Shown in pieces: positions 37,361 through 49,967 of a stretch of DNA of 64,000 nucleotides; the first letter of the stretch is position 1, and every line of letters starts with the position of its first letter. Below the pieces are notes generated by a model. The model was not told where the DNA came from, did no database searches, and saw nothing but the letters and a program-made list of their open reading frames with translations. Source of the DNA: Tubulanus polymorphus (Eukaryota; Animalia; Nemertea). The stretch spans positions 4,674,175 through 4,738,174 of the forward strand of contig NC_134032.1 of assembly GCF_964204645.1 (NCBI RefSeq). The letters run 5' to 3'. Position numbers and translations under genes: made by a program.

Positions 37361-39334
37361 AGTAACCACTTGTAAACCTTGCATAATTAATTAATAGTAC
37401 ATTTATATAAGCATATAAAATATGGCAGGAAACTGGTCTCATCCATTAATTGATGCACTTGTATGGTCGGAATTCAAGTGAATTCATAATCTTTTGATTT
37501 TAAAGTTTAAAGATTTTTGTTTTAATATCAAATATTAACTTTTATTATATATGGTGTTAAGAGTTTCAAAAGTTTATGAAATGTTTTGTGTGGAATGTGA
37601 TTTTCATTTCTTATATTAGATTTCGTCGCGTCTGACGCTTGACACTCCACTAGAGCATGGTTCCCACAGTACAGGGAAAAACTTGGGAATTTTTAATTCT
37701 TGTAAGTGTGAGAACCATGCCAGAGGAGCTTTAAGTTAAGTCAGGTTAAAATTCTATGATGTGTATTAGATAATTTTGAACTTGTTCTTCTCTGTTAAAG
37801 AGTTTTATTTTCTCATAAAATCTCTTTTGATTGTATTATGTTTTGACATCATTGTTCAAAACATTCATCTGCTCAAATTTTTGACAATTTTCTTTGAAAA
37901 TGTGGATATGAGTGCGTCAAAAGTTTTGACTTAAATTTAGTCACTCGTTTTTCATTAATTCATGTGAAGTAGATCTTAATTCGTATCATTTTCGATTGAT
38001 TATAACTATGATTACATGTAAGGACATATAGATTAAGTTCATGTACAAGTAATCTAAACTAAGTTGTGTCACATAGATGAAAGCTGGTCTAACTAAGTCG
38101 TTTTGGGCAGCAGTGAACTTGTTAACTGTTTTTCAATTTGTCTTTCCTTTGTGCAAGCTAAAATAATTTGAGAGAGTGGCAAAACAATTATTTTTTTAAA
38201 ATCATGACATAAAGATTTTTAATATCTTTGAATGTAATGAGAACTTGTTAAATGAAAATCTTGTTGCAACGAAACCTCCCAGAACAATGAATTTAATAGT
38301 TCATATGCGGTTTGTGAATTTTCTCTTTGGTCAGGCAGGATTGTCAGGATTTTCTAGTGTTCATTATACCAGTGTTTCTTAAAACATTGGGTAATCATAC
38401 AAGGTTGTGACGTGGTTACACTGTACATGTGTTAAAAGTAACCAATTTGGGACATTGATGTCTAACAAGAATCTGAAATACGGACATGTAAATATTTGAA
38501 GTTCTACCATGAAATGTTACTTGCTTGTTTATACATTGAGTATGTATGACAGCTTTTTTGGTTTCGTAGAAGAATTAATTCAAATTTAAACTTTAGGAGT
38601 ATTTTCTAAGAATAAATCATCTATGTTATATTGTTACATGTAAAATCTGTTGTTATTGTTTTTACATATTTGTCTTGTGAAATGAAATCAAATCTTGTAA
38701 ATTTACTGAAAATTCCTGGCAGCAAAGTTGACTGGGAAAAGTTGTATTTCTACAATTGAATCTTGTAGTATTACAAGTTATTGTACTGGTTACAAGTGCA
38801 TGTAATTTTACAACTTTTGCTAGTCAACTTTGCTGCCAGGATTTTTTAGTAAATTTACAAGATTTTTTCTAACAGTGTACGTTTTACAAAGAAAAATGGC
38901 CGCTCTCCGGCGCGACGCCGCAAGAAGAGGAGATACATGTGTAGGCGGCCTACAAACTCCAGAATATTGAAACATTTATTCGGGCGACTGGCAAATAACA
39001 CCGCACAGGTGAATATAGCGCCATCTAGTGGACGACTCCGTGACTAAACAGGCGAAATCAAATGTCGTAGATTTATTGATGTAGGCGTATGTATGTATAT
39101 ATGTATATGTATGCCAAATATAGCAAGAAATACATGAACTGCAGCCTACACAAACTATATTAGTTTGATTTCTTACAATGGGCGACACGTAATGAGAGAG
39201 GGTTTAGGTCCGATAAGGTACTGCAGTAACCATAGAATGAGCGGGCCGTAGAAACGGCAACAGTCACCATGCACCAAGTCACTTCATCTGAATGTTCACT
39301 AGTCACTTCAATCGCTAGACAAACTTCGTCAGTC

Positions 39335-39470
39335 GCTACTGGTCTATGGTCGAGAGATTAGCGTGCTCGTCTGGCGCGCGCTGGAGGTCGCAGGTTCGAG
39401 TCCATCTTAAGGCGTATCTTAAGGTTATCGGCATTTTTGTCGTTTATTTAATTCTCGTGTTCCAACCTAG
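39335..39470 (+). mobile_element. tRNA-derived SINE head
   Basis: A-box-like TGGTCGAGAGA and B-box GGTTCGAGTCC; no closing acceptor stem. Confidence 0.5.
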
Positions 39471-39686
39471 TCACTCTTGAAGGTCTAGGATTTTTAGGAG
39501 ATTATCCCTCATGAAATAAAGAAGCGTCTTTAACCATTTCTGGTCGTTGATTTTACAACTTATGACGTTATTCAATGAAATTAATTTATTGCTAATTTCA
39601 CCGATCGATTCCGGCGCCCAATTAGCGACAACGGGACGAAAACAAAACAGGGAGTTGGAAACACAGGAATCAATTCTAATTCGATC

Positions 39687-39687
<1 letters not shown>

Positions 39688-39750
<63 letters not shown>
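39688..39750. repeat. (CAG)n trinucleotide repeat
   Basis: CAA(CAG)19CAA. Confidence 0.95.
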
Positions 39751-39751
<1 letters not shown>

Positions 39752-40713
39752 CTCCTCTTATCGTCGCTTTTGTTAGATCTTCGGCGCGACTACGCAATCT
39801 ATTATCGGGAGCGTTAGATTGGCGGCAGCTCGTCCAGTTATATATAATTGCTGCGAGGTGACACTAGTGCAGATAATTGAAAAGAAAATTAGCAACTCGG
39901 GATGCAACACTGTTTGTTGTCTAACGCTCTGGAGCAGGTTCTTCACCTGTACCACTGAAATACTGTTTTAGAATCGTCGGTGATTTCTTAGTGAAACTCT
40001 CTGAAGTCGTCATCGGATGAGTCACGTCAATTGAAATCGTTTGTCTCATCGCTCTTAACTAACTGTAAGTCGTATTTTCTTTTCTCGATACACTCAAATC
40101 ACCACTTCTTCCAATTCAATTTATTAAGTGTATGTTATACGCATTTGGATTAGTCGTCATATTACTGAAGTCATCCGATGGGTTTCCTCCGCTGCCTGCG
40201 CGTTGCAGTTTTGGCAAGGATGTTATTAATCAAAGAGATATTGACACGAGAGATATTGTCAATGGCATTTGTAATTTCTGACTGGATATCCGCAGCAGAG
40301 GGAGCAGTTATATATCTTGCGACATCAGAACAAGGCTCACAAAAATCCAACTGGTAGGGCGTTGTCCGAGATGGAATTGTAAGCAACCGTGAGGGGGATA
40401 TGGAAGGAACCAGTTTAGATTAGAGTAGATAGCTTACAATGAATAGAGTGCGCAGATGGTGGATTAATATACAACATTTCAACATTACAAAATAATCTCC
40501 CATTCCAACTAAATAACCAATTGTACTTGGTGCACCGTGGTGGTTGTAACAAGCAGATTTACCCGTGGATTCAGCTGAAACACGACCATTGGTGATTCTG
40601 AAGTTTTACATAGACCTAGGAGCTTCACCCCAAAAGCATCAACAGCATGGTTGCCACTTGGGTTTCCCAGTTAAGAGGCTATCACACCCAACCCATAAAC
40701 TAGATCATTAATA

Positions 40714-41470
40714 CTATAATTTAATACGATACATGAATTGTCCAATTTGAAAATTGTTTATATCTGCCAATTTAAGAATTTTTGCAGACTTAAATAATGG
40801 TGAGGTATGGGCTCTAATATCGGTTTTAAAGATAATGCGGAACGCTTTCTTCTGGAGAAGTTCAAGCTTTCTTAAGTTCGAAGGATAAGTATTACCCCAT
40901 ACAATATAACAATAGGGGAGATGGCAATAAATGAAAGAATAATACAACTGCAGTAAAGTTGTTTTTGACAAAATTTCATAAAGTCTACCCATTATACCAA
41001 TGAACCGTAATAGTTGACCGTAATAAATGCTTGATGCGTTTACAAGGTCAGTTATATATAATAAGAAAAGGATCGGCACCAAAATAGATCCTCGAGGCAC
41101 ACCACAGAGTACAGGATAGGTAGTGGTAGTAGTCTCTTTAAAAAGAACAGTCGGAAAACGGTTTGAAAGATAATTTCTAAACCAGAGTAATGGCGTACCT
41201 CTGATGCCATAATGGCAAAGTTTAGACAATAGAATTTCATTATTCACCCTATCAAATGCACGCGAAATGTCTAGAAATATTCCAATAGTAGATTTGCCAT
41301 TGTCTAAATTATTGATAATTTTATCTATGAGTAATAGCCATGTTGGCTAATCTGGAGATGTTTCACATTTTTTAAACTACAGACCTACACAATATCAATA
41401 CTCCCATGTATTTCCAAGATCTTAGAAAAAGTAGTTTACAAAAGAGTTATAAGTTTTTTCGACAAGTATA
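40714..41470 (-). pseudogene. CR1/L2-type non-LTR reverse transcriptase fragments, with an inverted piece
   Basis: Minus strand: GIFLDISRAFD.V...ILL.KL.HYGIRG...GVP.GSIL.P.LFLLYI.D and LYYSFI..HL.YC..VWG. Plus strand ~41397-41470: YRP.ISILPCISKILEK.VY.R. Confidence 0.85.
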
Positions 41471-41481
41471 AAATGTATAAC

Positions 41482-41688
41482 GTATTCATCGTTACGACGA
41501 TGCCTGATAAGGCTTTACGTGTCTAGAGCGATCGAAACGACGGGGCATTTTATGGCGGATTTGTTGAGGTTTTGGGGCCGCTTTTGCAGCTACTGGAGTA
41601 CACGAACAGTGCTATCAATTTCGTTCTGTACATGCTGTGCGGTTCGAGACTTAGACGGGAATTCGCGAAAATGTTCGAACAGAAATGA
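41482..41688 (+). pseudogene. Class A (peptide-receptor-like) GPCR fragment, TM6-TM7-helix 8
   Basis: A frame missing from the ORF track reads VFIVTTMP...*...LLQLLEYTNSAINFVLYMLCGSRLRREF..MF*. A probable upstream ICL3 exon ends at 40064 (ESRQLKSFVSSLLTN|gtaagt). Confidence 0.65.
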
Positions 41689-43082
41689 CCACTATTTTTT
41701 AAAGTCCCGAATCAGAAATTTAACGATGAAAATAAATGGTCACAGCCAGACGTGATTTTATCCTTCTAGATTTTGACACATGAAACGACAATATTAGACA
41801 GAAATGGACTTTTTGTCCTATCTTTCTTCAAAAATTAAATTTCCGGATAGAAATTCCATATTTCGAGACACATGTATAGACTTAAACATTCCACGTTTTC
41901 TAGGACACAGTTGAACTAATTTCGAATCAAATACGTACTAGGATAAAATGAATGAATCAGATAGAGATGATTCAATGAAAAGTTCTCAATCAAAAGCTAA
42001 ATAATCTTTTTGTTAAGCGATTTTCAGCATTTTTTTCTAGCTATATTAAGTAAACACAGAATAGATATTATACATTGTACGTCAATGAAAGGTATTATCC
42101 GTATCATGTCGTTTTCACGACTTGTAGTTTCCTTCTCTATGTAAGATCTGTTTCCATTTATATGAACAGCGGCCCAATATATTTCACCGACCTCCACTGG
42201 CGGAGAGACAACACACGAAGTCGCACTACCGAATGAAGGAGACATAAATAACGAGAGAGATTATAAACCCAGGGCAATATACACAATTTGTAACGCGAAA
42301 GGGATACACTGAATTATCAGGAATTCCTCAGCAAATTATAATAAGATAATGAATTAATAATAAAATTTTGAAATAAAAACCAAATACCAAATAATAATAA
42401 TCTATGTTATAACTTCAAAAAAGATGAAAATAATACGATAGTAAGTCAAATCCATTCAATGTCGACCGCAAAATGTTGCTGCAAAAATGCTTCTCCAATA
42501 TAAATATCTTCTCTACTCTGAGTGTTACTTAAACATAATTTTGATTTCATAGTGTTAGTAAGGCCAAGGAAAAATTCAGTTTTTTGAAAAACTTAATATT
42601 CGGGGAATCGCTATGAACCCATTCATCGACCGAGACAAACTTCGGTTATCGAGGTTAGTCGACTTTTTGCAAACTTCAGAACGAATATTGTCAGTTGAAT
42701 TTGAGCACGTTCGCCGTAGGTCGGGCCGTATTTTTACGTGGTTGCAATCATGAGATCCTAGGACCAAACAAGTACCGATTAAGTACCAATGAGATTCTTA
42801 TTTGATCCAAATAATCAGTTCGTTGGAACAAATATATAATAGCAGTCATTAAGATAACATCTTAAAAAACGAAACCATTTTTCAATTTCTAATATCATTT
42901 AATTGTCATGATATGTCCCAGATTCACTACTTTTGCTTATAACAATGTAGAAACACAACACGCAAGAATAATCCTAAAACCAGAATGAAATATACATAAC
43001 GTCTATTTATTCATTTACCAACATTTCATTTGATTCCTTCAGATTAAGTTGTTGACTGGCGATATAATGAATTATCACATAG

Positions 43083-43295
43083 GCCTACTGGTACCCGTTT
43101 ATGATAACATGTGTCCGATGCCTTGTCCGACAGTTGGTAACCCCGCGGGAAAGCCCATTACTACTTATAGTGAAAATGAGAGAGAGAGGCAGTGACGATA
43201 AGTCTCTTGGCCGACGACTCCACGGCAATGTACGGGTTTCGAACCAACGACCTGGCTTCCCTGAGCCGAACGCTCTTACCACACCGCTGCACAAA
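43083..43295 (-). mobile_element. tRNA-derived SINE (CORE-like)
   Basis: Minus strand: A-box GTGTGGTAAGAGCG, B-box GGTTCGAAACC, then GGCCAAGAGACTT..CACTGCCTCTC. Confidence 0.6.
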
Positions 43296-43654
43296 TAATC
43301 CAATAATAGATAGATATAGAAATTAAACGAGTAAAACGCAGTCTCAAAAGTTTTGTGACTTTCTCAAAATGTATCAAAAATTTAAGTAATTTTTATTTCA
43401 TAAGTCTTCAAATATTCATAAATGAACAGTTAAAAATTGTTGAAACATGTCGACTCAGCCGTAAAATCAACCCATTCACAGTCCCGAATGTGGGATAATG
43501 TCGGGCTTTAGAGAACATAATGATCCCGAGGTCTTCACATTTACAGATAAGATTATGTAAGCGTGTCGCGCGTTACACCGGATAGGCACACAATAGAAAT
43601 ATGAGCCGCACGTTCATTTGATTATCACCAATTAAGAGGACCGCTATTGTGAAA

Positions 43655-43900
43655 ATTGACTGCGGGAGGAATATTCCTCCCAAAGTCAATCGATGGAAAC
43701 TTGACCAAGGGGTCTGATATTCAAACAATTGACTTTGGGAGGAATATTCCTCCCAAGGTCAAACGAAGAGAATTTGACCTTCAGTTCTGATATTCAAAGT
43801 ATCGACTTCGGGAGGAATATTCCTCCGACTGTCAAACGAAGGAAAATGGACCTAGGTCTGATATTCGAAATATTGACTTTGGGATGAATATTCGTCCAAA
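43655..43900. repeat. ~72-bp tandem repeat x4 carrying the palindrome GGGAGGAATATTCCTCCC (mirrored at ~50285-50530)
   Basis: Palindrome at ~43665, 43737, 43810 and 43880. Confidence 0.85.
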
Positions 43901-45751
43901 CCTCTAACGCTAAAAACCTGAGCTTTTAGAATGATAGGTCTACATAAATGATATTGATGTAATTGTTTTTAATAAATAGTATACTAAAGCGACGAAACCA
44001 GACGTATTTAGGCAATTTGATTGTTAATATACACTGTATTTGAGGGTCTGCGACAAATAATTGTAGAAAGTTAAATAGCTGTAGTACAGCTTCTTATAAT
44101 GAGCCTAATATAGTCTTCACATCGCAATCAGTTGTTAGAATGCATCTTCCTTTTTCTGGTTTTGATCTGAGACGACTAGTTAAATTTTTTTCTTGATTGA
44201 TTCACGCTGGGAGGTCTACATCAAATTATATTGTTGATCAAATCAATTATGTTTCAACTGCGAATTCACATTTGATATTGATATTAATAATCAATATTAC
44301 TCATCATTATATAGCGCACTGCTGCAAATTGTAACCAGTGTGCTTTTCACGGGTATAAAATTAACACAAGTTGAAGAAATCGAATTTGAAATACGAGGAT
44401 AATAAAGAATAAGTTGAAGGTAGGGCGGAGAGATCTGACGAAAAGAAACAACAAACGATATGGGCGCCAAATTGACCCATGCCTAATTGCCCGACCAAAT
44501 AGTCCGACCTGACCTGAGTCAAATTAAGCCGAGTCAAATTAGAGCTGGTTAATTTAAACTGGTTCTGGAAGTCAGTCACTTCGCTTTGCTTAAGTATGGA
44601 CTCGTTTTAGAGTCTCTTCAAGCATTGTTTAGTATCGAATGAATGGTTTTGCATTTGAATGTGAAATAAATTTGAACATGAAAATCAGCGCGCTCTTTGG
44701 TAAGCCATGAAAACAATTAAAGTCGGACGCTGATTCGAGCAAATTTTTTTGCAAATTAGCCATTGTCCTAGTTTTAACTTCTGATTTGTACCCTGTATAG
44801 GCCGGTTTATATTGCTGTTTGTACTCTTTCATACAAATTCGACAGATATCAAATGGCATCTTTGATTACAGACACTGTTGACCGGTACACACCAATATGT
44901 CCATCCATCCGACATACGAGCAATTATCTCATTAATGAGATAATTGCTCGTAGATCCGACAGCTACGTTTTACAACTAGAAGTGCATAAAATCAGATTCC
45001 TAATGATATTACATGTATTACTATTAAGAATAAGCTATTAATATATGAATAAATTCAAAAAGAATTTAAAAAATATCTTGCTTTGAATGGCTTTTAATTA
45101 AATATTGGAAAGGGCGATTTTGAAGGGGGAATTTTTTCTGCGGTGTCACTGCTAATCGAGTAATCAAGAAGCACAAACTCCCTAAGGTGATAAAGTGTTT
45201 TAAGCAGATCTTTTCCGATTGTGATCCCAATATATGAATTGCACATGGAACTATTATGTATAAACACCTCTCACAATTTACGTAACGACTGAGTGGCGTC
45301 CTTTTGCACAAGCTATATTACACCATGATGAAAAGCCTTTTATAGTTTAGAGTTGGATTTCTCGATGTATAAATGCAAGGAGGGTCAGAAGCTTTATGCT
45401 CAATAACATTAGGTTCCTATAAATGTTTGCTATGGATTTCAAAATAAAAGAATTTCTACGTTTAAATGAGATATCTGTTTCATTACTCGTGATATATCGA
45501 GGAATCTCTGCAATAAAATTTGACGATTTCAAAATTATTACAAAATGAGCAAACTTTGTGATATCTGCTAACAGTATAAATTCAAGCGTACATGCGGATT
45601 TGCGTGATATGTAATAAATATCGTAGCGAATAATCAAAGTGAGAAAAGTATCTACCGTAGCTAGAGATGATAATGAGTCCCATATCCAGAATGTCTGAAC
45701 CAAAATATCTCCCTAAAAAACCTTCAACCATTCAAAAAAACATAGGAATAT

Positions 45752-46511
45752 GGTTGTAGGTAAAAATCTCCCTGGTAAAAATCCCCTAGGTAAATATCCC
45801 CTGTGTAAAAACCCAAAATATTCTAGGTAGGTAAAACTCCCCATTCGGTGATTTTCAAAGACATTTCAAAGCAAAATGTTTCTCCAATTTTATTAATTTG
45901 CTATGAGACTGAAATATGTTAGAACTGTGCATTGAAATCTTTCGTTGCGATAAATCCTTAAGTAAAACTCTTAGCATAAAATAAATTGTTAGAATTGATA
46001 AGAATAATACATTTTTATTTGTAATATCTAAAGATTCGAACAGGAGTATTTTTGAACTGCGGACTCTTGTTAACTGTGGTATATTTCAGCTGTTCGATGC
46101 CAAAAATTATTAGAAATAATGTTGTTTTGATTTGAAATATTTTAGATTCAAGCTAGTGTAATATATTTGCAATGTGCGATGAACCCTTTCATTAAGCTGT
46201 GCGATCACTTTATTTACCAATTTAGTAGTAATGAACAATGTTAATTTTGTAGTATGTTTTAATTCAAATTGTATATACTATAGTTTGTATACTCATGATA
46301 TCATTATGGTGTTTCACAGTAAAATATGAATACATTGGATATATGTATCAATAATATGAATTAATTGACCTTAAGATTGTATCTACAATCCATTCAAAAG
46401 GAGGGGGATTTCTACCTACACTAAAGAATCGGGGATTTTTACCGAGAGGATTTTAACCTAGGGGATTGTTACCTAGGGTATTTTTTACCCAGATGATTTT
46501 TGCCGCTAACC
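45752..46511. mobile_element. MITE with repetitive TIRs (Mutator/Phantom-like)
   Basis: Left GGTT..GGTAAAAATCCCC repeats; right GGGGATTTTTACC repeats ending ..AACC. Confidence 0.65.
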
Positions 46512-48936
46512 ATAGATGTAGTTTGTAATTTTGAATAATGGTCTCGGCAATGCACTAATTATGAACAACTTACTTTGTTTTGTTGAATTAACTACTTTTA
46601 ATCAATTCACTATAGAACTATGGTGGATCCTAACAATGAGTCTGGCCTGCTATTCTAAACTCTTTCCGAAAATTATATTGCTAAGATATTCCTAGTCTTC
46701 ATCATTTAGTATGAACTCTAGATGTTGGGCCTGGATATATTTCGGATTTATTAAATGGTATCATGGGCGTGGAATGTTTGGGCGGAGGTATTATGCTCCA
46801 GTTTCACGCGTAAAACAAAAAAAAAATATCCATACATAGGTCATTGCATTATAGAAATTAAACTGTTGACAAGTTGTAATAAATCTCTATAGATGAAACA
46901 ATTTTAAAGAAAATGCATAATGTTTGTAGTTTCTATTCAACTACTATTGACTGTGCGCCTCCAGCTCAATCAACTCGTCATCTCCATGATTTCTATCACA
47001 CATCATCAGCTGCCATTGAAATATTTGATTAGGCAGTCCTATCAAAAGTAGCGTAAATTGATACATGCGAATAATTGATGTTTCCAAAGGGTTTTTGTTA
47101 CTGGCTCGTTTACATGGGAATGGTCGAAATTCCCCGTTCAGATTCCCCCGAGAAATCCCATTGAAGAGGTTATGATTTGCTGCTGTTGGCCTGTTTTTTC
47201 GTTTGTATTGCAAAATTTAGTCCAAACTAACTGGAATCGTTTTAAATTGATTTCTGTGAAAATTTTCAATTTTTCCCCACATGTCAACAAGTGCCTTTCA
47301 AATCAGGATAGATTCCGATTTCGAAATAATGATTGTAGCAATTTTTTTAGTATTATTTATCTATGGTTTGATACATCAAGATTTCAGTAAAAAGGACAAC
47401 TTTATCGTTTATGTTAGCGAAGCTTGGTATACAAGCAGGCTGACAATAACAAGCCACTGAATTTTATGGGGTTAGTCTTTGTATAGCTCTTTATCTATAG
47501 ACAGTCAGTGATTAAGCCCTAAGTAAATATTGCTTAATTTAAGAGAATTCATTATGACAATGTACAAGCGATGACAGGCCTATGAGGCACCCGTAAATCA
47601 AAAATATATTTCGCTGTGCGATGCGAAAATTATTGAAAATAATAAAACTTTTAATTTGAAATCGCTTAAATCAAAGCTAGTGTAATATATTTGAACGTCC
47701 TAGCGATATATTTGTCCTGTGCGATAACTTTTAGTATTAATTTAGTATTAATGAAGTATATCAATCTTTGGGTGAACGGAAAAAATGGCCTAAAGAAAAA
47801 TTGGGAAAAATTGCCGCTAAATAAATATTAGAATTTGCTCCTTTTGTAATAACTTTGAATTGTCAAATTCAACTGGACATTGGTGTATGCTGAATATCAC
47901 GAACAACGAAACATTTATCCTTAAAAACGTTGATTTTCTTTTTCATCTTTCTTTATTTCAATAATAATCAATCGATTTTTAAGTCGAATTAATAACCAGG
48001 ATAGCGACTTAATGTGTATGTGCTTATAAGTCAACTAGTTTCCGAACCCATGGTATGTCAATCAAGACAGATCTTCGTCTAGAAAAAGTAGGATGCATTC
48101 TATCATGGACTCTAAAACGATTGATTCGTTTTAGAGTCCATGATTCTATCCACTAATTTCAATGTAAGGACTATATAAGGCTACATGAATCAATACGAAA
48201 GCATGTATACCGCAGGTCACTTAATCTTAAGCTTGATTGTGAGAGTTGTTTAAACACAATGGTCACATGAGTAATTATTGGTTGTGCGACAATGGGAGAA
48301 ATCTGCCTTAGACATCTCATCCCGATATCCGAAGTCCTGGGCTTAGTAACTTATGTTTAGAATAAATTTTATCCGATATTTTTATAACAATGTTTTTCTC
48401 TCTCTCTTTCTCTCCGTAAATTCCGAACGTTTTCTGGGTGCTAACGTTCAGTGGCCAGTAGGCTGGATTGTATTTTCTCTTATTTCCTAAATCACAATGC
48501 ATATAAACTAAAACTGAACTGAATTGAAACTGAGTTCGGTTAGCAGTATAAACCTCCTAACTTTCGGAATTATATATAAAAGAGTGAAGAGTGAAACATC
48601 AACCCTTATACCGAATACACTTGTATAAATGAGAAAATGCACACTAGGACAATGGCTAATTTGCGACCTTAAAATGAAAGAAAGACTCGAATTTCTTTTA
48701 TCACACGTGACACGCGAATCTCCTTAATTACTCTAATAATGAGAGAAAACTTCAGACGAATTAAATGTATCAGCTTTATAATTGAATGATGATTATGTAA
48801 GCGTAACTTCAATGATTTGTATCGATCGGTAAATGAAATTTCCATTTAAAGAATGCATTTATCAAATTACGTCCATTGAAAATGAAATTAGCTAAACTCG
48901 AGCCATATTACTATTTAGATTTATCGCAGTTGTCTT

Positions 48937-49967
48937 GTGAAAAGTCATTTATTCAAGTCATTTATCGAAAAACTGAATCTTAATTGTGATCCAGAACTAG
49001 GGACTTTACTTAACTTATTCATTATCCTTTATGCAGATGACACAGTCATTCTTGCTGAAGATGAAAAATCTCTCCAGTTACATTTAGATACACTATTTGA
49101 ATATTGCGCCGACAATGGCCTTTCAGTGAATGTTGATAAAACTAAAATATTAGTCTTCGCTAGAAGTAAAAGTAGGATCAAGAAAATTTCTAGAAAATTT
49201 ATGTTTGGTAACCAAGAGTTAGAGGTAGTTGGAGATTATTTGTATCTTGGAGTAAAATTCAACTGGAATGACAGTTTCGCTAAAGCAAAAAAATGTCTTT
49301 ATGATAAAGCTATGAGAGCCATGTTTTCTATTATTCAGAAGGGTAGACGTTTGAAACTTCCGATAGATGTAATGCTTAAACTATTTGACATGTGTGTCGC
49401 TCCTGTAGATCTATACGGCTGCGAAATCTAGGGTTATGAGAATCTCGATTTACTAGAAAACCTCCACTGCTTATTCTTAAAAATTATTATGAAAGTTACG
49501 AAATATTCCCATAATGTGCAAGTGCTGGCAGAGCTAGGGCGTTATCCTATGTATATTGACGTAAAGCGTAGAATGATCAATTTTTGGGCTAAAACGGTAT
49601 CGTGCAAGCAAACTAAACTAAGTTCAATCCTTTATAAAATATCTCTCAATTTATATATTAATGACAGGTTTAAGAGCCCCTGGCTGTTATTTATTAAGAA
49701 GATTTTTGATGACTGCGGTCTATCGTATATTTGGACGCAGCAATTAATGGTTAACTCTATGACTCTCTCAAAGAAATTAAAATGTGTACTCTGAGACCAG
49801 CACGTACAAGAGATAGATTTTAAGTTGAATAATAACTCGCTATACACTAATTTTAGGCAATATAAGAATGATATTAAATTTGAAAACTATATTAATCAGC
49901 TTGATGACGATTTAGTGACCAGTTTATTCCAGTTCAGGATTGGGTCTTATCTCCTACCTGTAAATAG
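48937..49967 (+). pseudogene. Non-LTR retrotransposon RT C-terminal fragment
   Basis: LYADDTV, L.VN..KTK, YLYLGV.F, LFD..V.P...YG.EI, AELGRYP. Stops at 49429 and 49792. Confidence 0.88.

Larger units (their letters stand above)
30019..38877 (+). mobile_element. EnSpm/CACTA (CMC) DNA transposon, apparently near-intact, 8.86 kb
   Basis: Termini CACTGTTA...TAACAGTG, 2-bp TSD TA, subterminal ATTTACA/TGTAAAT repeats and a ~57-bp-arm 3' hairpin (38690-38866). Encodes a transposase and a SAMD3-like gene. Confidence 0.9.

Noticed and set aside
39471-39861. PolyQ or polyC protein ORFs
   Set aside because: They arise from the (CAG)n microsatellite and have no other recognisable domain.
44361-47390. 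Transposase of the long-TIR element
   Set aside because: Only short broken ORFs; no DDE motifs I could recognise.
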